From contig OY781964.1 in assembly GCA_963677485.1 (NCBI GenBank), positions 3,616,001 through 3,680,000 on the forward strand: a stretch of DNA of 64,000 nt. Reading direction: 5' to 3'. Position 1 is the stretch's first letter; every line of letters begins with the position of its first letter. The notes beneath the pieces are model-generated. The model had not been told where the DNA came from and ran no database searches. It saw only the letters and a program-made list of their open reading frames with translations. The translations under genes were made by a program, and so were the position numbers. Shown piece after piece: positions 38,792 through 48,792 of the stretch. Source of the DNA: Armatimonadota bacterium. Lineage in GTDB: Bacteria; Armatimonadota; HRBIN16.

Positions 38792-39256
38792 ATGCAGCCC
38801 ATAGTACGGCATGCCCACACTGGCGATGTGGTGGCCATGCAGCAGCTTATCAATGGCTTTGCCTCGAAAGATGAGATGCTGAGCCGCAGCCTGTCGCAGC
38901 TTTACGAAAACCTGCGCGACTTCTTCGTTGTGGAGTTCGACAACGAGATATGCGGCTGCGCGGCCTTGCACGTGACCTGGAAGGACCTGGCTGAGGTGAA
39001 AAGCCTGGCTGTCGCCCAGTCTGCACAGGGCAAGGGATATGGCCGGATGCTGGTGCAGCGGTGCCTGCAGGAAGCCAAGGTTGTGCGTGTTGATAAGGTG
39101 TTTGCGCTGACATACAAGCCGGAGTTTTTCGTGAAGCTGGGATTTCGCATCTGCGACCGTGCGGAGCTTCCGCGCAAAGTATGGACAGAGTGCGTGCATT
39201 GCCCGAAATTCTATGACTGCCACGAAATCGCTGTGATCACAGAGGTGCCTTCATGA
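38792..39256 (+). CDS. argA: Short GNAT N-acetylglutamate synthase
   Basis: MLSRS..LYENLRDF..GCAALH..DLAEVKSLAV..VFALT..LPRKVWTEC..C. Confidence 0.75.
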   Translation: MQPIVRHAHTGDVVAMQQLINGFASKDEMLSRSLSQLYENLRDFFVVEFDNEICGCAALHVTWKDLAEVKSLAVAQSAQGKGYGRMLVQRCLQEAKVVRVDKVFALTYKPEFFVKLGFRICDRAELPRKVWTECVHCPKFYDCHEIAVITEVPS

Positions 39257-39834
39257 CCCCCAGGTTTATTAGCCTCGAGGGCATAGAGGGCTCTGGTAAA
39301 AGCAGTCTGGCTAAGGCGATCGCTCAGGGATTAGCGGACAGGCAGGTGGGGTGCTGGTTGACAGCCGAGCCGTATGATAAAGCCATCCGAAGTATATTAC
39401 TGGACGGTCGTAAACTGAACGCCGAAGCGGAACTGTTGCTGTTCCTGGCTGATAGAGCGGCCCACCGTGATGAGATACAGGCGCACCTGCAGCAAGGCGA
39501 TTGGGTTGTCTGCGACCGCTACCTCGACAGTACCAATGTGTATCAGGGCTACGCGCGCGGCTTTGAACTGGCCGTAGTGAAGAGCATGAACGCATTCGCA
39601 GCGGCTGATTTGATTCCTGAAGTGACATTGCTGCTTGATTTGCCTGTTGATATCGGCCTTTCACGCCAGGTGGAGCTGAACCGAATAGGGGCTGAGAAGC
39701 TGGCGTTCCATCAGATGGTTCGGGATGGCTTCCTGGCAGAGGCGACACTCAGTCCGTCGCGTTTTAAAATCATTGATGCCACACAGCCAATAGATACCGT
39801 GTTGATGCAAGCTCTTGGATATCTAGGGTTGTAG
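39253..39834 (+). CDS. tmk: Thymidylate kinase (canonical)
   Basis: FISLEGIEGSGKS, ELLLFLADRAAH, VVCDRYLDS..YQGYARG. Confidence 0.92.
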   Translation: MTPRFISLEGIEGSGKSSLAKAIAQGLADRQVGCWLTAEPYDKAIRSILLDGRKLNAEAELLLFLADRAAHRDEIQAHLQQGDWVVCDRYLDSTNVYQGYARGFELAVVKSMNAFAAADLIPEVTLLLDLPVDIGLSRQVELNRIGAEKLAFHQMVRDGFLAEATLSPSRFKIIDATQPIDTVLMQALGYLGL

Positions 39835-39844
39835 ATTGTAACGA

Positions 39845-40026
39845 ACTTGGTTGGCTATGTCCGGGGCGGTCTGTCAGTACGCCTGCGGAGGCCACTGTCT
39901 ATAGACCGCGCCGGTCTTTTTCCTGACACAAATCTTTCAGGGCTATCCGCCAGACCGGCGCGGTCTCGAGCCTTCTGCAGCCGCTAGCCTACGCACAGAC
40001 CGCCCCGGACAGTGGCCATACAAGTC
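39845..40026. ncRNA. Long rod-like structured element, 6S-RNA-like candidate
   Basis: 39858-39874 pairs perfectly with 39995-40011 (17 bp) and 39903-39917 with 39952-39966 (15 bp), with bulged regions between. Confidence 0.4.
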
Positions 40027-40292
40027 GGTGTGTCGCAAGAGCAGTAAGATGGATCGTCTCGTGCGTATCTCCGCCTCTTTTACAGCATCGTAAGGTGCTT
40101 CCTTAACCATGCATATCTCCGTTAATCGACCGTATATGGTGGAAACCTGCTTGTGTGGTGGTCTGTTATTACCACAGATTCTTATCAATATGAAAAAAAG
40201 ACACCTACAACTTGCGTTATGACGAATGCCTTAACGGTATAATAATAGTACAATTGTGACCGTGCTATACTGCTTCTTTGGAGGTCTCCAGG

Positions 40293-40610
40293 ATGGGACG
40301 CGACATTACGCATATTTTCCGAATCGATACTATACAACCAAACCCAGTCACTCGCCTAGAGCTGCATTTGCCTCAAAGTGCTTTATCAAAGTGGGCAGCC
40401 GCGATTGCGAATGTGCTGGAATCAGATCCCCCTTCTGTCGATCGTGCTGTATTCTTTGATAATTTACCGGGATTGGGACGGGTTCACCACCTTGTGAAGC
40501 GTCGTACTCCAGAAAACACCATCGAATATCTTGTTGATGGGGTGCCCGTACAGGAGAGCAGCTTGCGCGGTGTACGCTATCAGCTTTTTCAGAAGGCGGT
40601 TCACCGCTAG
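40293..40610 (+). CDS. Hypothetical protein
   Basis: GGAGG and upstream TATAAT (40238); 105-aa ORF, no recognised motif. Confidence 0.5.
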   Translation: MGRDITHIFRIDTIQPNPVTRLELHLPQSALSKWAAAIANVLESDPPSVDRAVFFDNLPGLGRVHHLVKRRTPENTIEYLVDGVPVQESSLRGVRYQLFQKAVHR

Positions 40611-40847
40611 ACGTCCTTCTTGTTTAAAGCCTTCGATGGTGGAACCTCTTATGCCAGCCTGTCATTGCATACAGTTGTCATAGAGAGTTCCTGTTCATTT
40701 TGCCAGTATTACGATCAATGCGGTTCGTAATCATCAGTTTTTCGCGTATGCTATTATTAGTAAAGAAATGTATCCATTGTGCCTCTATGGGTAAGGTGGG
40801 TATGTCAAACTGTGGACTGCCGCCATCACGGCACTTAGGAGGCTCCT

Positions 40848-42896
40848 TTGCTGCGTATAACCTCACTCTTCACTGGAATTGCGATAATTGCCCCAATGAT
40901 CTCTTGTGGGCATGTGATCGCTTCACCGAAATCAGATATTTCCAATATCGCTCCATCTATCGCTAAAGCGATTGGAGCGGTTCGTCCGGCGTTAGTGCGT
41001 ATTGTAGTGGTCTCCAGGGAACCTTCTCAGGGCAGAGAGGTAAAGTCGATGGCATCGGGCAGCGGCGCGATAATCTCTGCCGATGGCTATGTTGTGACCA
41101 ATCACCATGTAGTCGAAGGTGCGACATACATCACTTGCACGCTGACAGACCGGACCGAAGTCGAAGCGAAATTGATAGGTACTGACCCTTTAGCTGATAT
41201 CGCCGTCGTTAAACTCAAGGCGCGGAAGGCTCCATATCCATTTGCCACTTGGGGCAACAGCGATAAAGTCAAAGTGGGAGATCAAGTCTATGCCATGGGT
41301 TCGCCTCTGGCCATCAGCCAGTCTGTCACGCGAGGTATCATCAGCAACTCCGAGATGATATTGCCCAAATTGATGGGCGATAGCCTGACTTTGTCTGGTG
41401 AGGATGTCGGTAGCTATGTGCGTTGGCTGGGGCACGATGCCTTGATTCTTCCCGGCAACAGCGGAGGACCGTTGGTTGATAATAACGGCACCATTATTGG
41501 CATCAACGAGATCAGCATAGGACTGAAGGGAGCGATCCCCAGTAACATCGCCCGGATGGTAGCCGCACAGCTGATTAAGGATGGACGGGTCAGCCGAGGC
41601 AGCATCGGTATCACATTTCAACCGCTTCTGCGTGATTCAGGGATTATGCAGGGAGCCCTCGTGAGTGCTGTGAGGGCTGACAGTCCTGCAGCCAAAGCCG
41701 GTATTTTACCCGGTGATGTCGTGACGCAGATCTCCGGCCAGAAGGTGACGGCACAGTTCGATGAGGACATCCCCATCATCAACCAACACGTGGCGGCCCT
41801 AAAACCTGGCAGTGTGGTGCCGGTTGATATTCTCAGAGCTGGCAAAAACCAGCAGCTAAAGGTGAACGTGATCCAGCGTCCCAGTGCTGATCCCGGCTTT
41901 AGGGCACTCAGCCTTTTGGGTGTGACGGTACAGGATATCACTGCATCCGTGATGAAAGACTACGACCTGAAATCCAAAAACGGCGTGGTCATCACCGGTG
42001 TCTTACCCAGCGGAGCGGCAGGAAGTGCTCGGCCGGCCCTGCGTCAAGGTGATGTGATCACAAGCCTGGATGGAAAGCCCGTGACCAGTGTTGCCGTTTT
42101 GGAGACGCTCTCTGCAGAGATCGTCAAGGCCAAAGGTGTTGGCGTCGCCAGCCTGGTGGAATACACAAATGACGAGAAACGGCAGATTACGGTAGTCAAA
42201 CTCGGCGAAGAGAATAACACATCTGTGGGCGAGGAGACACCGAAAGCATGGCTTGGTGTGGAGACACAGGTGCTGACTCGCCAACTGGCCGATGCACTAA
42301 AGCTGTCGGGCAAGAGCGGTGTGCGTGTGACCCGTGTCTACAAAGGCACGACCGCGGAGACGGCTGGCCTGAAAGTGGGCGATGTGCTCATGAAAATGGA
42401 TGGTCGGACGGTCAATGCACGCCAGGTGGGAGATGAGAATATCTTCCCGAGCATGGTAAGGCAGATGGATATCGACTCCGATACTAGTATCGAGTTAGTG
42501 CGGGGTGAGGAGACCAAGACAGTCAGCGTGAAGTTGCAGTTGGCACCAAAGTCCTCAAACGAATACCCCACTCTGCGTGATGATATTCTGGAGATTGTGG
42601 TGCGCGACATCACGGGTATGGAGCGCATTGAGTCTGAAAACAAACAGGGCGAAGGCGTGAGAGTGATTTCCGTGACCCAGGGCGGATGGGCCAGCCTGGC
42701 TGGGTTACAAGCGGATGACATCATATCCAAAGTGGATGGTCAGCCGGTGAAAAACCTGAAGAGCTTTGAGGCGACGATGCAGCAACTGAAGTCAAAGAAA
42801 CCGGCATCAGTCGTGCTGTTTGTAGTCAGAGAGTCAGAAACGCTGTATGTTGAGTTGCGCCCAACCTGGCCAGTGGCCGTATCGGGGGGTAAGTAA
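40848..42896 (+). CDS. HtrA/DegP-like serine protease with four PDZ domains
   Basis: VTNHHVV, DIAVVK, PGNSGGPL triad motifs; four PDZ repeats; GGAGG RBS. Confidence 0.9.
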   Translation: MLRITSLFTGIAIIAPMISCGHVIASPKSDISNIAPSIAKAIGAVRPALVRIVVVSREPSQGREVKSMASGSGAIISADGYVVTNHHVVEGATYITCTLTDRTEVEAKLIGTDPLADIAVVKLKARKAPYPFATWGNSDKVKVGDQVYAMGSPLAISQSVTRGIISNSEMILPKLMGDSLTLSGEDVGSYVRWLGHDALILPGNSGGPLVDNNGTIIGINEISIGLKGAIPSNIARMVAAQLIKDGRVSRGSIGITFQPLLRDSGIMQGALVSAVRADSPAAKAGILPGDVVTQISGQKVTAQFDEDIPIINQHVAALKPGSVVPVDILRAGKNQQLKVNVIQRPSADPGFRALSLLGVTVQDITASVMKDYDLKSKNGVVITGVLPSGAAGSARPALRQGDVITSLDGKPVTSVAVLETLSAEIVKAKGVGVASLVEYTNDEKRQITVVKLGEENNTSVGEETPKAWLGVETQVLTRQLADALKLSGKSGVRVTRVYKGTTAETAGLKVGDVLMKMDGRTVNARQVGDENIFPSMVRQMDIDSDTSIELVRGEETKTVSVKLQLAPKSSNEYPTLRDDILEIVVRDITGMERIESENKQGEGVRVISVTQGGWASLAGLQADDIISKVDGQPVKNLKSFEATMQQLKSKKPASVVLFVVRESETLYVELRPTWPVAVSGGK

Positions 42897-43660
42897 TGGG
42901 CAATAAGTGGTTACTATCGGCAGTGACGGTGTTGTGTTTCGGTGCTATTGGCTTGGCGCAAGCTCAGGAACTCACCGTGGCGCAATCGACCAGGCAATTG
43001 GTGGGCTCAAAGAGTGCTGCGATTGTTCGGATAGAGTCCGTGCTTGAATACTCCTATGAAGAAGATCAGAGCACCACACAACAAGAGAACAACGAAGGGG
43101 CCGCTACGATCGTCGACTCTACTGGTCTGGCACTGGTGAATTACGAACTGATTGCGTACAACCGTATTGATGACGACATGGGGCCAAAAAGTGTCAAACT
43201 GGTATCCGCTTCACTGAAGTTTCCCGACGGCACTGAGGTTCCTGTAGAGGTGGTAGCCAAAGACGCTGAACTTGGGTTGGCGCTTGTGCGGCCCAAAACA
43301 CCGCTCGCTAAGCCGTCAGCCACGATCACACTTGATACGAGCATTCCTGTGGCAGTCGGTGATGTGTTACTCACGGTGAGCCGAATGGACGCCTCCGTGA
43401 AATATGCCGTTAATGTACTGCGTATGACCGTGTGCAGCGTGTTTGAAAATCCTCGACCGCAATGTGTGTTCGACGAGGGTTCGGACGATGCTTTGCCTGT
43501 ATTTACCCAAAAAGGCGAGTGCGTGGGCATGACCACAGGGATCGCCACAAGCGGTTCGGTGAATCCAAACATGATGAACGGGATGCATGCGGCTTCTGAG
43601 ATCGTGAAGTTCTTGAACAAAGCCAAATCGGCCTCGGTGAAGATTGGAGATACCTTATGA
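42896..43660 (+). CDS. Secreted trypsin-like fold protein lacking catalytic triad
   Basis: AIVRIE..ATIVDSTGLALVNY..KDAELGLALVR..LPVFTQKGECVG. Confidence 0.7.
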   Translation: MGNKWLLSAVTVLCFGAIGLAQAQELTVAQSTRQLVGSKSAAIVRIESVLEYSYEEDQSTTQQENNEGAATIVDSTGLALVNYELIAYNRIDDDMGPKSVKLVSASLKFPDGTEVPVEVVAKDAELGLALVRPKTPLAKPSATITLDTSIPVAVGDVLLTVSRMDASVKYAVNVLRMTVCSVFENPRPQCVFDEGSDDALPVFTQKGECVGMTTGIATSGSVNPNMMNGMHAASEIVKFLNKAKSASVKIGDTL

Positions 43661-44430
43661 AACGACTACTCGCAGTGATGACGATCCTATCTGTGGCTAC
43701 CAGCCAGCTTATGGCCACCCCCGCGGAGCGCAAAGCCATCATTAGTAACTACGCAAATTCGGTTGTCTACATCGAAGTCACCATGGAAGCGTCAATTGCC
43801 ATCGAAGGCAGCAGCGACAAGAGTGAACAGGTTGAAGACGCCACGGGTATCGTTGTGGATAAGTCTGGGTTAATCATGGTTCCTTTGGTCATCATCAGCC
43901 CTAATGATGCACTGAAGCAGGTCATGGATGGGATGGGGGATGGCAGCGCGGAATCCAAGAAGGCCATGGACTCCTACCGCATCGAGATTAAGAAGATTGT
44001 GGTGAAGCTGCCTGATGGCACCGAGCTGCCCGCCACTGTCGTGTTGAAAGACACTCAGAGTGAGCTTGCCTTCATCAAGACCAGTTCGGCTCTTCCTGCT
44101 GATATCAAGGCGATGGTGGTCCCCGCAAGCGTATCTGTCGACCTGGGAGACGACCTTCTGTGCGTGAGCCGTCTCGGCAGTGTCAGTAAGTATGCTCCTC
44201 GTGTAAGCGGGATGTACATCGCCGCGAAACTGACGGAGCCCAAACTGCGGTACGTGCTGGAGAGCAACTTCAACATCGCCGGGATTCCCGCCTTTACAAC
44301 GGACGGGCAGTGGGCCGGTGTGGTGCTGCCAAAACTAGGCAGCAGGTTTGATAAAGGCTACATGCAGCTAATACCGATTAGCGAGGTCGTACCGCTGCTT
44401 AAAAAGGCTCAAGCCGCTCCTGCCAAGTAG
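43657..44430 (+). CDS. Secreted trypsin-like fold protein lacking catalytic triad
   Basis: SVVYIE..TGIVVDKSGLIM..KDTQSELAFIK..GIPAFTTDGQWAG. Confidence 0.7.
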   Translation: MKRLLAVMTILSVATSQLMATPAERKAIISNYANSVVYIEVTMEASIAIEGSSDKSEQVEDATGIVVDKSGLIMVPLVIISPNDALKQVMDGMGDGSAESKKAMDSYRIEIKKIVVKLPDGTELPATVVLKDTQSELAFIKTSSALPADIKAMVVPASVSVDLGDDLLCVSRLGSVSKYAPRVSGMYIAAKLTEPKLRYVLESNFNIAGIPAFTTDGQWAGVVLPKLGSRFDKGYMQLIPISEVVPLLKKAQAAPAK

Positions 44431-44457
44431 CTTGCCCGATTAATCGCGAATGACCTT

Positions 44458-44499
44458 AAGGCCTCCTTCCTCCTCTAACGGGCTGGAAGGAGGCCTTTT
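44458..44499 (+). terminator. Intrinsic terminator of htrA operon
   Basis: AAGGCCTCCTTCC..GGAAGGAGGCCTTTT. Confidence 0.75.
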
Positions 44500-44688
44500 C
44501 GTCATTCCCATACCGCCTGATCACCGCATGATGATTTACGCACACCGACTTCCCCCGAGTAGCACCCGAAGTACCCTGGTATGTACACCTGCATGGGAAT
44601 CACTTATGCCGATGTATATAGATAACCGTAGCTTGTTTCAGTTATACTTCATAAGATACGCCATCCTATTACAGGGGTCATTAGTCTC

Positions 44689-47600
44689 ATGAGGTATATT
44701 ATGCTCTGTCTACTGGCATCATTAGCAACCGGCAGTATGGCCGCAACAGCGGCTTCCGCTCCGCATCCGCAGCTTCGCTACCATCCCGAGGGCGAGGCGA
44801 TCGTGACCACGAATGGTGGTGGTGACTATAACCGGCCGCTATACTGCAACAAGGCCTGGCCGGTCGTGTATGCGGGCGATCGTCCGCGGCTGGTCGGCCT
44901 GGACTGGAATGGCGTATTTGGCCATCTAGACATCGCCTTGGTGCGACAGGGGATTTCTGTCTGGCTGTATGATTTTGATACCATCACCTCGCGCTATCTG
45001 CCAGGTAGAATGCAGTGGCAGCTCTCTGACAGCCGATTCAAAGGCCTGGAGATCAAGCTAGAGGCGACTACGCTGGCCAGCGGGGTCGGGTTCACCGTGC
45101 AGCTTAGCAGCAAAGGTGCTCAGCCACAGGACAAACTGTTATGGCACTATGGCGGCTATCTCATCGGCTGGGGTCTGGATGGACAAACACAGATCAAAGC
45201 ATCCACTGACGATGCGACCACACCCTACATTACGACTCACAATAAGAGCGGCTTTGACGTGCACTTAGTCGATCCTGGCAAATACACCGACAACCCACCA
45301 CCACTGCGCATCGTCGGCCAGTTCAGTGAGCTGGCTGAGGCCAGACTTGTGAGCTCCTCTCGTCCTGCTGATCCGGGTCAGATGCTAGCGGCAGAGCCAC
45401 AACCCAATGACAAAGGCGTGTGTGTGGTGACCAGGATGGCTGATGCGAAGACCATCAGTTTGGCCGTGTACGTAGACAGCATCACTGACAGGCCATACTC
45501 GATATACAACACCTGGCAGGGATCGAAGCATCTGACACCAGAGAAGCTCGATCCGTCAGTGCGGAAGTTTGACGAGAAGATCGGTCAGTCTCCATCCAAG
45601 ACGTTTACCGATGCCTGGAAGCACGCCACGCAAATTGGTCGCGCGGTGGCGGTGCAGAGCCCAGACCCGTATCTAGATGCCCAAGCAAGTGCTGCCTGTT
45701 CTGCCGTGTATGGGCTGTATGTGTCGCCGGTGTTCACACACGGCGGATCGCAATGGCGTTGCCAGATGCCTGGTTGGCGGATGCTGGACGGTGCCACGGC
45801 TTACGGCTGGCACCAGTTGGTGAAAGATGAAGCCAAATATTACATCGACACTATCATCAAGGCCTCACCCTTCACCACGCCTAAGGCAAATGCGGCAGGC
45901 ACGGAGGAGGCGTCCGATTCGCGCTACTACGGCAAAGGGCGAATAGGCATCGATCAGGGCAACTATAACTTCCAGGTTCAGTTCTTTGAAGAGCTCATAC
46001 GGTCATGGCGGCATACCGGCGATAAGCAGCTAGAGGCAATGCTGCTGCCCGCGCTGGAGCTGCATTTGGAACGGGCCAAAGAGTGCTTTGACCCCGATGA
46101 CGACGGTCTGTATGAAAGCTACATAAACACCTGGCCAACCGATTCGTTTGGATATAACGGTGGGGGATCAGTTGAAGAGAGCGCCTACTGCTACTATATG
46201 CATACCGCTGCTGCCGAGATGTGCCTTCACAAGAAGGACCAGGTAGGAGCTGCCCGGCATACCGCACAGGCCAAGAAGATATATAAGGCACTGCATGACA
46301 TCCTGTGGCTGAAGCGTAAGGGCTATTTCGCCTCGTATATCGAACAAGGTGGGCACCAGCGTGTCCACGACGATGCCTGGCTATACAGCGAGTTCCTGCC
46401 CATCGACTTGGGCATGACCACCCCTGCCGAATCGATCCGCACGCTGCACTATACCGAGTGGGGATTAGAGCGCATTGGGTTGCCATACGGCGGTGAACTC
46501 TGCGAGACCTCAAACTGGGTGCCATCAATATGGAGTGTGAGAGAACTGTATGGTGGCGACATCTACCATCTGGCGCTCTGCTATTTCCGTATGGGGCAGA
46601 GTGACGCCGGATGGAAGCTGTTGAAAGGTGCCCTCACGGAGAGCGGATTTGGTGACGTGAAGCCAAAGGCTGCATATGACGGTCGGACAAACATGCTCTC
46701 GCCAGGGGGTTTGAGCCATCCATCTGGTAGTATTGACTTTAGCGATGTGTCCAGTATGTTCTGCCGATCGATGGTTGAAGGCATGTTTGGGTATCACCCC
46801 GACTACCCAAATGGACTGGTGCATGTCCAGCCGTCGTTGCCAACCGGATGGGATAAGGCCAGTATCCATACGCCAGATTATCAACTGAGCTTCCACCGCA
46901 CGGGGATGGTGGATAGCTACCATATTGGAGTTCGTACAGCAGCGGAATTAGTGTTGAGGTTGCCTGTGTATGGCAAGCGGCTGCTGAGCGTGACCGTGAA
47001 CGGAACAGTGGCTGAGGCCGACCTGCAGCCGTGGTACGGATATGGCATGGCGATGATCCGTGTTCCGAAGTGTGCGAAGGTGGATGTCCAACTGACGGTG
47101 AGCCAGCGTCAGCTTCCTCAAGCGGAGGAGAAGCTGGAGTTCGTGGTGGGTCAGAAGCTCGCGCTGCGGGCTGACGGCCCCATCCAAAAGGTCGATGACG
47201 CCCAAGGCTGCCTGTTATCACACACGGTTCGAAACAACAGCGTCTACGCAGAGTGTTCCCAGATAGCGGGGCACTACGCAGTGATGGCGCTTATCAAAAC
47301 AAAAGTTCCATACTGGAAAATCTGGAAGATAGAGATCAAGAATCCTGAGGAGTTGCGGCTGGCGGCGCTTAAGAATCTGCGGAGTGTTGAATCGGGTGCC
47401 ACCTGGAAGGGTGTCGACATTGCACCTGTGGCCAACGGTGACATCCGCACGATTTACAAGCAGGATTACGCATCGCCTCGTCCGGCTACCTGCAGTGTGC
47501 GACTGGCTCGCGATGGGTATCAGGCCTGGACGATGGCCATATGGGGCATGGTTCCGCCATACATTGGTCTGGAAAACGCGTCGACTGTGCCATCAGCCCC

Positions 47601-48690
47601 GCCCAGCAGCTGGGTGGCTAAAGACCCCAATGCGTTTGGGTATCGTGATGAGCTGACCATCGATGCCTGGCTGATGCCAGAGACGATGCCGGATATGGGC
47701 GGGCGTATTGTCGACCGTGCGATACCTGGCACATACGATGGCTTCCTGCTCGACAGCTACCCAGGCAACAGCCTACGACTGTTAACCTCCAACGGCATGT
47801 TGAGTGCCCCGAATGTGTTGACACCCGGAGTGCCGGTGCGTGTGACGGCGGTATACAGTGCCAGTAAACGTGTTGCGAAGCTCTACAAGAACGGTAAACT
47901 CATTGCCAGCAGAGACGATGGGTCTTTCCCAGCCCTTTCCGTGGCCAAACAGGCGTTGTATCTTGGATCTGATGCCTCAGGTGGTAACCGCTTCAAGGGT
48001 GATATCCAGAGGGTGGTGCTTTACCCCCGGGCGTTGAGTGATGCCGAAGTGGCGGCAGATGACGGCACCTGGAAGCCTGCGCTGCAAGCAGATGCCGAAT
48101 GGCTTCTGCAGAACAAGGCCGATGCCGAACTGAGGCCTGTGGTGGGCACTCAGGCCATGCTAAGGCGTGGTGAACAGGTCACCGGTGAGCTGGGCAGTCT
48201 GCTGCATGGCGGCCAGCTTGTCACACCGCAGGGGGTTCCGTTCATCGCACCATCACCAGACCACAACACGGCTTTTGTATCACTATGGGATAACTGGCCT
48301 GACCAACTAGGTTTACCGGTGGGCCAAAGTGCCGATGCGGTGTGGCTGCTGATCGCTGGTTCCACACAGCCGCTGCAGGGGCGTATTGCCAACTCAGTGG
48401 TTCATTTCCTCTATGCCGATGGGGTTGAGGAGCGGCTTGAGCTGGTTCCACCGCTCAACTTCCGCAACATCTGCCGATGGGGCGGATCGGACTACAACCA
48501 GGAGCGCGATGGGTATGCTCTGGGTGATAACCCTCCATTGATGGTGAACCTGGGCACCAATTGCCGTGCGATGCTTTATGGCTGGCGTCTGCGCAAGGGC
48601 GTGAAGCTGCAGCAGGTCAGGCTGGAGGCATTGTCTCAGGAGGTCGTGGTCGGGCTGATGGGCGTAAGTCTGATGAACCCCGGGGAGTAA
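44689..48690 (+). CDS. Large secreted DUF4450-like (alpha/alpha)6 glycoside-hydrolase-like protein with LamG/ConA domain
   Basis: Signal peptide; YNRPLY, PGWR, FDPDDDGLYESYINTW; LamG motif LYKNGKL..LYLG..FKGDI..LYPRALS. Confidence 0.7.
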   Translation: MRYIMLCLLASLATGSMAATAASAPHPQLRYHPEGEAIVTTNGGGDYNRPLYCNKAWPVVYAGDRPRLVGLDWNGVFGHLDIALVRQGISVWLYDFDTITSRYLPGRMQWQLSDSRFKGLEIKLEATTLASGVGFTVQLSSKGAQPQDKLLWHYGGYLIGWGLDGQTQIKASTDDATTPYITTHNKSGFDVHLVDPGKYTDNPPPLRIVGQFSELAEARLVSSSRPADPGQMLAAEPQPNDKGVCVVTRMADAKTISLAVYVDSITDRPYSIYNTWQGSKHLTPEKLDPSVRKFDEKIGQSPSKTFTDAWKHATQIGRAVAVQSPDPYLDAQASAACSAVYGLYVSPVFTHGGSQWRCQMPGWRMLDGATAYGWHQLVKDEAKYYIDTIIKASPFTTPKANAAGTEEASDSRYYGKGRIGIDQGNYNFQVQFFEELIRSWRHTGDKQLEAMLLPALELHLERAKECFDPDDDGLYESYINTWPTDSFGYNGGGSVEESAYCYYMHTAAAEMCLHKKDQVGAARHTAQAKKIYKALHDILWLKRKGYFASYIEQGGHQRVHDDAWLYSEFLPIDLGMTTPAESIRTLHYTEWGLERIGLPYGGELCETSNWVPSIWSVRELYGGDIYHLALCYFRMGQSDAGWKLLKGALTESGFGDVKPKAAYDGRTNMLSPGGLSHPSGSIDFSDVSSMFCRSMVEGMFGYHPDYPNGLVHVQPSLPTGWDKASIHTPDYQLSFHRTGMVDSYHIGVRTAAELVLRLPVYGKRLLSVTVNGTVAEADLQPWYGYGMAMIRVPKCAKVDVQLTVSQRQLPQAEEKLEFVVGQKLALRADGPIQKVDDAQGCLLSHTVRNNSVYAECSQIAGHYAVMALIKTKVPYWKIWKIEIKNPEELRLAALKNLRSVESGATWKGVDIAPVANGDIRTIYKQDYASPRPATCSVRLARDGYQAWTMAIWGMVPPYIGLENASTVPSAPPSSWVAKDPNAFGYRDELTIDAWLMPETMPDMGGRIVDRAIPGTYDGFLLDSYPGNSLRLLTSNGMLSAPNVLTPGVPVRVTAVYSASKRVAKLYKNGKLIASRDDGSFPALSVAKQALYLGSDASGGNRFKGDIQRVVLYPRALSDAEVAADDGTWKPALQADAEWLLQNKADAELRPVVGTQAMLRRGEQVTGELGSLLHGGQLVTPQGVPFIAPSPDHNTAFVSLWDNWPDQLGLPVGQSADAVWLLIAGSTQPLQGRIANSVVHFLYADGVEERLELVPPLNFRNICRWGGSDYNQERDGYALGDNPPLMVNLGTNCRAMLYGWRLRKGVKLQQVRLEALSQEVVVGLMGVSLMNPGE

Positions 48691-48722
48691 CTAGGGGTTC
48701 TGACTGTCTTGTCGCATGGATG

Positions 48723-48750
48723 GTAGGGGTAACCCCCTGTGGTTACCCCT
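48723..48750. repeat. GTAG-type REP-like palindrome
   Basis: GTAGGGGTAACCCCCTGTGGTTACCCCT. Confidence 0.65.
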
Positions 48751-48792
48751 GCTATTCGGCGGCCGCTTGTTATCTCTGTGTTTCGACAGCCT

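Noticed and set aside
40641-40666. ECF sigma promoter for htrA (GGAACC..GTCA)
   Set aside because: Spacer appears too short and the site is far from the start codon
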